From Macrostomum lignano (lineage: Eukaryota): 64,000 nucleotides of DNA. This document shows, piece after piece, positions 50,881 through 64,000 of the stretch; the first letter of the stretch is position 1; every line of letters begins with the position of its first letter. A program made the translations under genes and the position numbers. The stretch spans positions 36,445 through 100,444 of the forward strand of contig NIVC01000643.1 in assembly GCA_002269645.1 (NCBI GenBank), written 5' to 3'. The notes under the pieces are model-generated. The model saw only the letters and a list, made by a program, of their open reading frames with translations, searched no databases and was not told the origin of the DNA.

Positions 50881-53800
50881 AGCACTCTGGCATCCAGCAT
50901 TACGCTCGTAGACTATTAGCTGCTCTCCTGAGTTCGAAGCTGACAGGTCCGTTGCAGTCGGCATCGATTGAGTCGACTGCCAATTTAGTCAATGGGTTTC
51001 GTTTCTTCTTTTCACTGGAACCTGTGGTGGGATTAGCAAAAGATCGATTTCGCATATCGATTTAGTGATTTCAAGGACGACAAAATCATTCTTCTCTGCA
51101 TGTCAGCTCCAGAAGATGCTAGTTTGCTTGCAGCTTTCTGTAGGAGCATTCTACTTTAGTAAAGTGTACCCATTCTAAAATAAGCTGTTTTTAATATGTC
51201 CCAACAAGTCTCTGTGCAGTGTGTCATCCGTTTGCCCATCAATTTGTTCTGGAGCCCTTTATTAATTGAGTTCTTTAGGTGACTTAACAAATGCGGAAAA
51301 AACTAGACACACACACAGTGGCCCAACACTTCGTGTCCCAATAATTGCTAGGAAAAATGCACTGCAGTGTTTAAGCATCTCTTCTGAGGGGCCCTTGCAT
51401 GCATAGCTATAGAAATCTGCTAAGACCCAATCTGAGAGTTAAAAGTACAAAAAGTTATAACGCTTCTAGACACGAAAACGAATGCAGCCACAGCATGAAC
51501 TAACCTTTCATTGAAGCTTCTGCTTAAGACTTTGATGCTGTGAAGCATTCTGGCATCTAGCATTACTCTCGTAGTCTATTAGCTGCTCTCCTGAGTTCGA
51601 AGCTGACAGGTCAGTTGCAGTCGGCATCGATTGAGTCGACTGCCAATTTAGTCAATGGGTTTCGTTTCTTCTTTTCACTGGAACCTGTGGTGGGATTAGC
51701 AAAAGATCGATTTCGCATATCTATTTAGTGATTTCAAGGACGACAAAATCATTCTTCTCTGCATGTCTGCTCCAGAAGATGCTAGTTTGCTTGCAGCTTT
51801 CTGTAGGAGCATTCTACTTTAGTAAAGTGTACCCATTCTAAAATAAGCTGTTTTTAATATGTCCCAACAAGTCTCTGTGCAGTGTGTCATCCGTTTGCCC
51901 ATCAATTTGTTCTGGAGCCCTTTATTAATTGAGTTCTTTAGGTGACTTAACAAATGCGGAAAAAACTAGACACACACACAGTGGCCCAACACTTCGTGTC
52001 CCAATAATTGCTAGGAAAAATGCACTGCAGTGTTTAAGCATCTCTTCTGAGGGGCCCTTGCATGCATAGCTATAGAATCTGCTAAGACCCAATCTGAGAG
52101 TTAAAAGTACAAAAAGTTATAACGCTTCTAGACACGAAAACGAATGCAGCCACAGCATGAACTAACCTTTCATTGAAGCTTCTGCTTAAGACTTTGATGC
52201 TGTGAAGCATTCTGGCATCTAGCATTACTCTCGTAGTCTATTAGCTGCTCTCCTGAGTTCGAAGCTGACAGGTCAGTTGCAGTCGGCATCGATTGAGTCG
52301 ACTGCCAATTTAGTCAATGGGTTTCGTTTCTTCTTTTCATTGGAACCTGTGGTGGGATTAGCAAAAGATCGATTTCGCATATCGATTTAGTGATTTCAAG
52401 GACGACAAAATCATTCTTCTCTGCATGTCAGCTCAGAAGATGCTAGTTTGCTTGCAGCTTTCTGTAGGAGCATTCTACTTTAGTAAAGTGTACCCATTCT
52501 AAAATAAGCTGTTTTTAATCTGTCCCAACAAGTCTCTGTGCAGTGTGTCATCCGTTTGCCCATCAATTTGTTCTGGAGCCCTTTATTAATTGAGTTCTTT
52601 AGGTGACTTAACAAATGCGGAAAAAACTAGACACACACACAGTGGCCCAACACTTCGTGTCCCAATAATTGCTAGGAAAAATGCACTGCAGTGTTTAAGC
52701 ATCTCTTCTGAGGGGCCCTTGCATGCATAGCTATAGAATCTGCTAAGACCCAATCTGAGAGTTAAAAGTACAAAAAGTTATAACGCTTCTAGACACGAAA
52801 ACGAATGCAGCCACAGCATGAACTAACCTTTCATTGAAGCTTCTGCTTAAGACTTTGATGCTGTGAAGCATTCTGGCATCTAGCATTACTCTCGTAGACT
52901 ATTAGCTGCTCTCCTGAGTTCGAAGCTGACAGGTCAGTTGCAGTCGGCATCGATTGAGTCGACTGCCAATTTAGTCAATGGGTTTCGTTTCTTCTTTTCA
53001 CTAGAACCTGTGGTGGGATTAGCAAAAGATCGATTTCGCATATCGATTTAGTGATTTCAAGGACGACAAAATCATTCTTCTCTGCATGTCAGCTCCAGAA
53101 GATGCTAGTTTGCTTGCAGCTTTCTGTAGGAGCATTCTACTTTAGTAAAGTGTACCCATTCTAAAATAAGCTGTTTTTAATATGTCCCAACAAGTCTCTG
53201 TGCAGTGTGTCATCCGTTTGCCCATCAATTTGTTCTGGAGCCCTTTATTAATTGAGTTCTTTAGGTGACTTAACAAATGCGGAAAAAACTAGACACACAC
53301 ACAGTGGCCCAACACTTCGTGTCCCAATAATTGCTAGGAAAAATGCACTGCAGTGTTTAAGCATCTCTTCTGAGGGGCCCTTGCATGCATAGCTATAGAA
53401 TCTGCTAAGACCCGATCTGAGAGTTAAAAGTACAAAAAGTTATAACGCTTCTAGACACGAAAACGAATGCAGCCACAGCATGAACTAACCTTTCATTGAA
53501 GCTTCTGCTTAAGACTTTGATGCTGTGAAGCATTCTGGCATCTAGCATTACTCTCGTAGTCTATTAGCTGCTCTCCTGAGTTCGAAGCTGACAGGTCAGT
53601 TGCAGTCGGCATCGATTGAGTCGACTGCCAATTTAGTCAATGGGTTTCGTTTCTTCTTTTCACTGGAACCTGTGGTGGGATTAGCAAAAGATCGATTTCG
53701 CATATCGATTTAGTGATTTCAAGGACGACAAAATCATTCTTCTCTGCATGTCAGCTCCAGAAGATGCTAGTTTGCTTGCAGCTTTCTGTAGGAGCATTCT

Positions 53801-56800
53801 ACTTTAGTAAAGTGTACCCATTCTAAAATAAGCTGTTTTTAATATGTCCCAACAAGTCTCTGTGCAGTGTGTCATCCGTTTGCCCATCAATTTGTTCTGG
53901 AGCCCTTTATTAATTGAGTTCTTTAGGTGACTTAACAAATGCGGAAAAAACTAGACACACACACAGTGGCCCAACACTTCGTGTCCCAATAATTGCTAGG
54001 AAAAATGCACTGCAGTGTTTAAGCATCTCTTCTGAGGGGCCCTTGCATGCATAGCTATAGAATCTGCTAAGACCCGATCTGAGAGTTAAAAGTACAAAAA
54101 GTTATAACGCTTCTAGACACGAAAACGAATGCAGCCACAGCATGAACTAACCTTTCATTGAAGCTTCTGCTTAAGACTTTGATGCTGTGAAGCATTCTGG
54201 CATCTAGCATTACTCTCGTAGTCTATTAGCTGCTCTCCTGAGTTCGAAGCTGACAGGTCAGTTGCAGTCGGCATCGATTGAGTCGACTGCCAATTTAGTC
54301 AATGGGTTTCGTTTCTTCTTTTCACTGGAACCTGTGGTGGGATTAGCAAAAGATCGATTTCGCATATCGATTTAGTGATTTCAAGGACGACAAAATCATT
54401 CTTCTCTGCATGTCAGCTCCAGAAGATGCTAGTTTGCTTGCAGCTTTCTGTAGGAGCATTCTACTTTAGTAAAGTGTACCCATTCTAAAATAAGCTGTTT
54501 TTAATCTGTCCCAACAAGTCTCTGTGCAGTGTGTCATCCGTTTGCCCATCAATTTGTTCTGGAGCCCTTTATTAATTGAGTTCTTTAGGTGACTTAACAA
54601 ATGCGGAAAAAACTAGACACACACACAGTGGCCCAACACTTCGTGTCCCAATAATTGCTAGGAAAAATGCACTGCAGTGTTTAAGCATCTCTCTGAGGGG
54701 CCCTTGCATGCATAGCTATAGAATCTGCTAAGACCCGATCTGAGAGTTAAAAGTACAAAAAGTTATAACGCTTCTAGACACGAAAACGAATGCAGCCACA
54801 GCATGAACTAACCTTTCATTGAAGCTTCTGCTTAAGACTTTGATGCTGTGAAGCATTCTGGCATCTAGCATTACTCTCGTAGACTATTAGCTGCTCTCCT
54901 GAGTTCGAAGCTGACAGGTCAGTTGCAGTCGGCATCGATTGAGTCGACTGCCAATTTAGTCAATGGGTTTCGTTTCTTCTTTTCACTGGAACCTGTGGTG
55001 GGATTAGCAAAAGATCGATTTCGCATATCTGTTTAGTGATTTCAAGGACGACAAAATCATTCTTCTCTGCATGTCAGCTCCAGAAGATGCTAGTTTGCTT
55101 GCAGCTTTCTGTAGGAGCATTCTACTTTAGTAAAGTGTACCCATTCTAAAATAAGCTGTTTTTAATCTGTCCCAACAAGTCTCTGTGCAGTGTGTCATCC
55201 GTTTGCCCATCAATTTGTTCTGGAGCCCTTTATTAATTGAGTTCTTTAGGTGACTTAACAAATGCGGAAAAAACTAGACACACACACAGTGGCCCAACAC
55301 TTCGTGTCCCAATAATTGCTAGGAAAAATGCACTGCAGTGTTTAAGCATCTCTTCTGAGGGGCCCTTGCATGCATAGCTATAGAATCTGCTAAGACCCGA
55401 TCTGAGAGTTAAAAGTACAAAAAGTTATAACGCTTCTAGACACGAAAACGAATGCAGCCACAGCATGAACTAACCTTTCATTGAAGCTTCTGCTTAAGAC
55501 TTTGATGCTGTGAAGCATTCTGGCATCTAGCATTACTCTCGTAGTCTATTAGCTGCTCTCCTGAGTTCGAAGCTGACAGGTCAGTTGCAGTCGGCATCGA
55601 TTGAGTCGACTGCCAATTTAGTCAATGGGTTTCGTTTCTTCTTTTCACTGGAACCTGTGGTGGGATTAGCAAAAGATCGATTTCGCATATCGATTTAGTG
55701 ATTTCAAGGACGACAAAATCATTCTTCTCTGCATGTCAGCTCCAGAAGATGCTAGTTTGCTTGCAGCTTTCTGTAGGAGCATTCTACTTTAGTAAAGTGT
55801 ACCCATTCTAAAATAAGCTGTTTTTAATATGTCCCAACAAGTCTCTGTGCAGTGTGTCATCCGTTTGCCCATCAATTTGTTCTGGAGCCCTTTATTAATT
55901 GAGTTCTTTAGGTGACTTAACAAATGCGGAAAAAACTAGACACACACACAGTGGCCCAACACTTCGTGTCCCAATAATTGCTAGGAAAAATGCACTGCAG
56001 TGTTTAAGCATCTCTCTGAGGGGCCCTTGCATGCATAGCTATAGAATCTGCTAAGACCCGATCTGAGAGTTAAAAGTACAAAAAGTTATAACGCTTCTAG
56101 ACACGAAAACGAATGCAGCCACAGCATGAACTAACCTTTCATTGAAGCTTCTGCTTAAGACTTTGATGCTGTGAAGCATTCTGGCATCTAGCATTACTCT
56201 CGTAGTCTATTAGCTGCTCTCCTGAGTTCGAAGCTGACAGGTCAGTTGCAGTCGGCATCGATTGAGTCGACTGCCAATTTAGTCAATGGGTTTCGTTTCT
56301 TCTTTTCACTGGAACCTGTGGTGGGATTAGCAAAAGATCGATTTCGCATATCGATTTAGTGATTTCAAGGACGACAAAATCATTCTTCTCTGCATGTCAG
56401 CTCCAGAAGATGCTAGTTTGCTTGCAGCTTTCTGTAGGAGCATTCTACTTTAGTAAAGTGTACCCATTCTAAAATAAGCTGTTTTTAATATGTCCCAACA
56501 AGTCTCTGTGCAGTGTGTCATCCGTTTGCCCATCAATTTGTTCTGGAGCCCTTTATTAATTGAGTTCTTTAGGTGACTTAACAAATGCGGAAAAAACTAG
56601 ACACACACACAGTGGCCCAACACTTCGTGTCCCAATAATTGCTAGGAAAAATGCACTGCAGTGTTTAAGCATCTCTCTGAGGGGCCCTTGCATGCATAGC
56701 TATAGAATCTGCTAAGACCCGATCTGAGAGTTAAAAGTACAAAAAGTTATAACGCTTCTAGACACGAAAACGAATGCAGCCACAGCATGAACTAACCTTT

Positions 56801-59800
56801 CATTGAAGCTTCTGCTTAAGACTTTGATGCTGTGAAGCATTCTGGCATCTAGCATTACTCTCGTAGACTATTAGCTGCTCTCCTGAGTTCGAAGCTGACA
56901 GGTCAGTTGCAGTCGGCATCGATTGAGTCGACTGCCAATTTAGTCAATGGGTTTCGTTTCTTCTTTTCACTGGAACCTGTGGTGGGATTAGCAAAAGATC
57001 GATTTCGCATATCTGTTTAGTGATTTCAAGGACGACAAAATCATTCTTCTCTGCATGTCAGCTCCAGAAGATGCTAGTTTGCTTGCAGCTTTCTGTAGGA
57101 GCATTCTACTTTAGTAAAGTGTACCCATTCTAAAATAAGCTGTTTTTAATATGTCCCAACAAGTCTCTGTGCAGTGTGTCATCCGTTTGCCCATCAATTT
57201 GTTCTGGAGCCCTTTATTAATTGAGTTCTTTAGGTGACTTAACAAATGCGGAAAAAACTAGACACACACACAGTGGCCCAACACTTCGTGTCCCAATAAT
57301 TGCTAGGAAAAATGCACTGCAGTGTTTAAGCATCTCTCTGAGGGGCCCTTGCATGCATAGCTATAGAATCTGCTAAGACCCGATCTGAGAGTTAAAAGTA
57401 CAAAAAGTTATAACGCTTCTAGACACGAAAACGAATGCAGCCACAGCATGAACTAACCTTTCATTGAAGCTTCTGCTTAAGACTTTGATGCTGTGAAGCA
57501 TTCTGGCATCTAGCATTACTCTCGTAGACTATTAGCTGCTCTCCTGAGTTCGAAGCTGACAGGTCAGTTGCAGTCGGCATCGATTGAGTCGACTGCCAAT
57601 TTAGTCAATGGGTTTCGTTTCTTCTTTTCACTGGAACCTGTGGTGGGATTAGCAAAAGATCGATTTCGCATATCTGTTTAGTGATTTCAAGGACGACAAA
57701 ATCATTCTTCTCTGCATGTCAGCTCCAGAAGATGCTAGTTTGCTTGCAGCTTTCTGTAGGAGCATTCTACTTTAGTAAAGTGTACCCATTCTAAAATAAG
57801 CTGTTTTTAATCCCAACAAGTCTCTGTGCAGTGTGTCATCCGTTTGCCCATCAATTTGTTCTGGAGCCCTTTATTAATTGAGTTCTTTAGGTGACTTAAC
57901 AAATGCGGAAAAAACTAGACACACACACAGTGGCCCAACACTTCGTGTCCCAATAATTGCTAGGAAAAATGCACTGCAGTGTTTAAGCATCTCTTCTGAG
58001 GGGCCCTTGCATGCATAGCTATAGAATCTGCTAAGACCCGATCTGAGAGTTAAAAGTACAAAAAGTTATAACGCTTCTAGACACGAAAACGAATGCAGCC
58101 ACAGCATGAACTAACCTTTCATTGAAGCTTCTGCTTAAGACTTTGATGCTGTGAAGCATTCTGGCATCTAGCATTACTCTCGTAGACTATTAGCTGCTCT
58201 CCTGAGTTCGAAGCTGACAGGTCAGTTGCAGTCGGCATCGATTGAGTCGACTGCCAATTTAGTCAATGGGTTTCGTTTCTTCTTTTCACTGGAACCTGTG
58301 GTGGGATTAGCAAAAGATCGATTTCGCATATCTGTTTAGTGATTTCAAGGACGACAAAATCATTCTTCTCTGCATGTCAGCTCCAGAAGATGCTAGTTTG
58401 CTTGCAGCTTTCTGTAGGAGCATTCTACTTTAGTAAAGTGTACCCATTCTAAAATAAGCTGTTTTTAATCTGTCCCAACAAGTCTCTGTGCAGTGTGTCA
58501 TCCGTTTGCCCATCAATTTGTTCTGGAGCCCTTTATTAATTGAGTTCTTTAGGTGACTTAACAAATGCGGAAAAAACTAGACACACACACAGTGGCCCAA
58601 CACTTCGTGTCCCAATAATTGCTAGGAAAAATGCACTGCAGTGTTTAAGCATCTCTCTGAGGGGCCCTTGCATGCATAGCTATAGAATCTGCTAAGACCC
58701 GATCTGAGAGTTAAAAGTACAAAAAGTTATAACGCTTCTAGACACGAAAACGAATGCAGCCACAGCATGAACTAACCTTTCATTGAAGCTTCTGCTTAAG
58801 ACTTTGATGCTGTGAAGCATTCTGGCATCTAGCATTACTCTCGTAGACTATTAGCTGCTCTCCTGAGTTCGAAGCTGACAGGTCAGTTGCAGTCGGCATC
58901 GATTGAGTCGACTGCCAATTTAGTCAATGGGTTTCGTTTCTTCTTTTCACTGGAACCTGTGGTGGGATTAGCAAAAGATCGATTTCGCATATCTGTTTAG
59001 TGATTTCAAGGACGACAAAATCATTCTTCTCTGCATGTCAGCTCCAGAAGATGCTAGTTTGCTTGCAGCTTTCTGTAGGAGCATTCTACTTTAGTAAAGT
59101 GTACCCATTCTAAAATAAGCTGTTTTTAATCTGTCCCAACAAGTCTCTGTGCAGTGTGTCATCCGTTTGCCCATCAATTTGTTCTGGAGCCCTTTATTAA
59201 TTGAGTTCTTTAGGTGACTTAACAAATGCGGAAAAAACTAGACACACACACAGTGGCCCAACACTTCGTGTCCCAATAATTGCTAGGAAAAATGCACTGC
59301 AGTGTTTAAGCATCTCTTCTGAGGGGCCCTTGCATGCATAGCTATAGAATCTGCTAAGACCCGATCTGAGAGTTAAAAGTACAAAAAGTTATAACGCTTC
59401 TAGACACGAAAACGAATGCAGCCACAGCATGAACTAACCTTTCATTGAAGCTTCTGCTTAAGACTTTGATGCTGTGAAGCATTCTGGCATCTAGCATTAC
59501 TCTCGTAGACTATTAGCTGCTCTCCTGAGTTCGAAGCTGACAGGTCAGTTGCAGTCGGCATCGATTGAGTCGACTGCCAATTTAGTCAATGGGTTTCGTT
59601 TCTTCTTTTCACTGGAACCTGTGGTGGGATTAGCAAAAGATCGATTTCGCATATCTGTTTAGTGATTTCAAGGACGACAAAATCATTCTTCTCTGCATGT
59701 CAGCTCCAGAAGATGCTAGTTTGCTTGCAGCTTTCTGTAGGAGCATTCTACTTTAGTAAAGTGTACCCATTCTAAAATAAGCTGTTTTTAATGTCCCAAC

Positions 59801-62800
59801 AAGTCTCTGTGCAGTGTGTCATCCGTTTGCCCATCAATTTGTTCTGGAGCCCTTTATTAATTGAGTTCTTTAGGTGACTTAACAAATGCGGAAAAAACTA
59901 GACACACACACAGTGGCCCAACACTTCGTGTCCCAATAATTGCTAGGAAAAATGCACTGCAGTGTTTAAGCATCTCTCTGAGGGGCCCTTGCATGCATAG
60001 CTATAGAATCTGCTAAGACCCGATCTGAGAGTTAAAAGTACAAAAAGTTATAACGCTTCTAGACACGAAAACGAATGCAGCCACAGCATGAACTAACCTT
60101 TCATTGAAGCTTCTGCTTAAGACTTTGATGCTGTGAAGCATTCTGGCATCTAGCATTACTCTCGTAGACTATTAGCTGCTCTCCTGAGTTCGAAGCTGAC
60201 AGGTCAGTTGCAGTCGGCATCGATTGAGTCGACTGCCAATTTAGTCAATGGGTTTCGTTTCTTCTTTTCACTGGAACCTGTGGTGGGATTAGCAAAAGAT
60301 CGATTTCGCATATCTTTAGTGATTTCAAGGACGACAAAATCATTCTTCTCTGCATGTCAGCTCCAGAAGATGCTAGTTTGCTTGCAGCTTTCTGTAGGAG
60401 CATTCTACTTTAGTAAAGTGTACCCATTCTAAAATAAGCTGTTTTTAATATGTCCCAACAAGTCTCTGTGCAGTGTGTCATCCGTTTGCCCATCAATTTG
60501 TTCTGGAGCCCTTTATTAATTGAGTTCTTTAGGTGACTTAACAAATGCGGAAAAAACTAGACACACACACAGTGGCCCAACACTTCGTGTCCCAATAATT
60601 GCTAGGAAAAATGCACTGCAGTGTTTAAGCATCTCCTCTGAGGGGCCCTTGCATGCATAGCTATAGAATCTGCTAAGACCCGATCTGAGAGTTAAAAGTA
60701 CAAAAAGTTATAACGCTTCTAGACACGAAAACGAATGCAGCCACAGCATGAACTAACCTTTCATTGAAGCTTCTGCTTAAGACTTTGATGCTGTGAAGCA
60801 TTCTGGCATCTAGCATTACTCTCGTAGACTATTAGCTGCTCTCCTGAGTTCGAAGCTGACAGGTCAGTTGCAGTCGGCATCGATTGAGTCGACTGCCAAT
60901 TTAGTCAATGGGTTTCGTTTCTTCTTTTCACTGGAACCTGTGGTGGGATTAGCAAAAGATCGATTTCGCATATCTGTTTAGTGATTTCAAGGACGACAAA
61001 ATCATTCTTCTCTGCATGTCAGCTCCAGAAGATGCTAGTTTGCTTGCAGCTTTCTGTAGGAGCATTCTACTTTAGTAAAGTGTACCCATTCTAAAATAAG
61101 CTGTTTTTAATATGTCCCAACAAGTCTCTGTGCAGTGTGTCATCCGTTTGCCCATCAATTTGTTCTGGAGCCCTTTATTAATTGAGTTCTTTAGGTGACT
61201 TAACAAATGCGGAAAAAACTAGACACACACACAGTGGCCCAACACTTCGTGTCCCAATAATTGCTAGGAAAAATGCACTGCAGTGTTTAAGCATCTCTCT
61301 GAGGGGCCCTTGCATGCATAGCTATAGAATCTGCTAAGACCCGATCTGAGAGTTAAAAGTACAAAAAGTTATAACGCTTCTAGACACGAAAACGAATGCA
61401 GCCACAGCATGAACTAACCTTTCATTGAAGCTTCTGCTTAAGACTTTGATGCTGTGAAGCATTCTGGCATCTAGCATTACTCTCGTAGACTATTAGCTGC
61501 TCTCCTGAGTTCGAAGCTGACAGGTCAGTTGCAGTCGGCATCGATTGAGTCGACTGCCAATTTAGTCAATGGGTTTCGTTTCTTCTTTTCACTGGAACCT
61601 GTGGTGGGATTAGCAAAAGATCGATTTCGCATATCTGATTTAGTGATTTCAAGGACGACAAAATCATTCTTCTCTGCATGTCAGCTCCAGAAGATGCTAG
61701 TTTGCTTGCAGCTTTCTGTAGGAGCATTCTACTTTAGTAAAGTGTACCCATTCTAAAATAAGCTGTTTTTAATTGTCCCAACAAGTCTCTGTGCAGTGTG
61801 TCATCCGTTTGCCCATCAATTTGTTCTGGAGCCCTTTATTAATTGAGTTCTTTAGGTGACTTAACAAATGCGGAAAAAACTAGACACACACACAGTGGCC
61901 CAACACTTCGTGTCCCAATAATTGCTAGGAAAAATGCACTGCAGTGTTTAAGCATCTCTCTGAGGGCCCTTGCATGCATAGCTATAGAATCTGCTAAGAC
62001 CCGATCTGAGAGTTAAAAGTACAAAAAGTTATAACGCTTCTAGACACGAAAACGAATGCAGCCACAGCATGAACTAACCTTTCATTGAAGCTTCTGCTTA
62101 AGACTTTGATGCTGTGAAGCATTCTGGCATCTAGCATTACTCTCGTAGACTATTAGCTGCTCTCCTGAGTTCGAAGCTGACAGGTCAGTTGCAGTCGGCA
62201 TCGATTGAGTCGACTGCCAATTTAGTCAATGGGTTTCGTTTCTTCTTTTCACTGGAACCTGTGGTGGGATTAGCAAAAGATCGATTTCGCATATCTGTTT
62301 AGTGATTTCAAGGACGACAAAATCATTCTTCTCTGCATGTCAGCTCCAGAAGATGCTAGTTTGCTTGCAGCTTTCTGTAGGAGCATTCTACTTTAGTAAA
62401 GTGTACCCATTCTAAAATAAGCTGTTTTTAATATGTCCCAACAAGTCTCTGTGCAGTGTGTCATCCGTTTGCCCATCAATTTGTTCTGGAGCCCTTTATT
62501 AATTGAGTTCTTTAGGTGACTTAACAAATGCGGAAAAAACTAGACACACACACAGTGGCCCAACACTTCGTGTCCCAATAATTGCTAGGAAAAATGCACT
62601 GCAGTGTTTAAGCATCTCTCTGAGGGGCCCTTGCATGCATAGCTATAGAATCTGCTAAGACCCGATCTGAGAGTTAAAAGTACAAAAAGTTATAACGCTT
62701 CTAGACACGAAAACGAATGCAGCCACAGCATGAACTAACCTTTCATTGAAGCTTCTGCTTAAGACTTTGATGCTGTGAAGCATTCTGGCATCTAGCATTA

Positions 62801-64000
62801 CTCTCGTAGACTATTAGCTGCTCTCCTGAGTTCGAAGCTGACAGGTCAGTTGCAGTCGGCATCGATTGAGTCGACTGCCAATTTAGTCAATGGGTTTCGT
62901 TTCTTCTTTTCACTGGAACCTGTGGTGGGATTAGCAAAAGATCGATTTCGCATATCTGATTTAGTGATTTCAAGGACGACAAAATCATTCTTCTCTGCAT
63001 GTCAGCTCCAGAAGATGCTAGTTTGCTTGCAGCTTTCTGTAGGAGCATTCTACTTTAGTAAAGTGTACCCATTCTAAAATAAGCTGTTTTTAATATGTCC
63101 CAACAAGTCTCTGTGCAGTGTGTCATCCGTTTGCCCATCAATTTGTTCTGGAGCCCTTTATTAATTGAGTTCTTTAGGTGACTTAACAAATGCGGAAAAA
63201 ACTAGACACACACACAGTGGCCCAACACTTCGTGTCCCAATAATTGCTAGGAAAAATGCACTGCAGTGTTTAAGCATCTCTCTGAGGGGCCCTTGCATGC
63301 ATAGCTATAGAATCTGCTAAGACCCGATCTGAGAGTTAAAAGTACAAAAAGTTATAACGCTTCTAGACACGAAAACGAATGCAGCCACAGCATGAACTAA
63401 CCTTTCATTGAAGCTTCTGCTTAAGACTTTGATGCTGTGAAGCATTCTGGCATCTAGCATTACTCTCGTAGACTATTAGCTGCTCTCCTGAGTTCGAAGC
63501 TGACAGGTCAGTTGCAGTCGGCATCGATTGAGTCGACTGCCAATTTAGTCAATGGGTTTCGTTTCTTCTTTTCACTGGAACCTGTGGTGGGATTAGCAAA
63601 AGATCGATTTCGCATATCTGTTTAGTGATTTCAAGGACGACAAAATCATTCTTCTCTGCATGTCAGCTCCAGAAGATGCTAGTTTGCTTGCAGCTTTCTG
63701 TAGGAGCATTCTACTTTAGTAAAGTGTACCCATTCTAAAATAAGCTGTTTTTAAATGTCCAACAAGTCTCTGTGCAGTGTGTCATCCGTTTGCCCATCAA
63801 TTTGTTCTGGAGCCCTTTATTAATTGAGTTCTTTAGGTGACTTAACAAATGCGGAAAAAACTAGACACACACACAGTGGCCCAACACTTCGTGTCCCAAT
63901 AATTGCTAGGAAAAATGCACTGCAGTGTTTAAGCATCTCTTCTGAGGGGCCCTTGCATGCATAGCTATAGAATCTGCTAAGACCCGATCTGAGAGTTAAA
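50881..64000. repeat. Large-unit tandem satellite, ~661-bp monomer, 20 units (last incomplete, runs off the window)
   Basis: Unit starts (agcattctggcatc) at 50881, 51544, 52206, 52867, 53529, 54191, 54852, 55514, 56175, 56836, 57497, 58155, 58816, 59478, 60137, 60797, 61458, 62118, 62779 and 63441. Copies are nearly identical. Confidence 0.98.

Noticed and set aside
51236-51262. aatttgttctgg in the satellite unit as a U7-type Sm site, or the unit as an snRNA/SL-RNA/5S gene array
   Set aside because: Partial match only, no 3' hairpin, and no recognisable SL, U snRNA, 5S or tRNA sequence in the 661-bp unit.
50853-63077. 70-75-aa ORFs in the satellite
   Set aside because: They start at non-ATG codons, appear only in units with particular indels, and resemble no known protein.

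Overview
Eukaryotic (metazoan) genomic DNA. The GC-rich exons separated by minisatellite-filled introns, and a Zic gene with no ZOC motif, resemble a free-living flatworm such as Macrostomum; this assignment is inference. Four protein-coding genes are supported: the 5' part of a Smad gene (MH1 domain, minus strand, runs off the left edge), an intronless GT32/alpha-1,4-glycosyltransferase-like gene, a six-exon organic solute transporter alpha (OSTalpha/TMEM184 family)-like gene, and a complete three-exon Zic zinc-finger gene (minus strand). Non-autonomous DNA transposons with readable ends include two related foldback/MULE-like elements with GGG termini and 8/9-bp TSDs, an internally deleted Tc1/IS630-like element with TA TSD that keeps only a DNA-binding-domain ORF, and a Helitron-like repeat. 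A CpG-depleted block at about 5.2-9.9 kb holds a 64-nt 28S rRNA fragment disrupted exactly at the R2/I-PpoI/Pokey target site. About 25 different mini- and microsatellites are present, several built from transcription-factor, splice or poly(A) motifs. The last 13 kb are a ~661-bp tandem satellite (20 units) whose variants change in order along the array. Most long ORFs in the supplied track are artefacts of simple repeats. All counts and alignments were done by eye.
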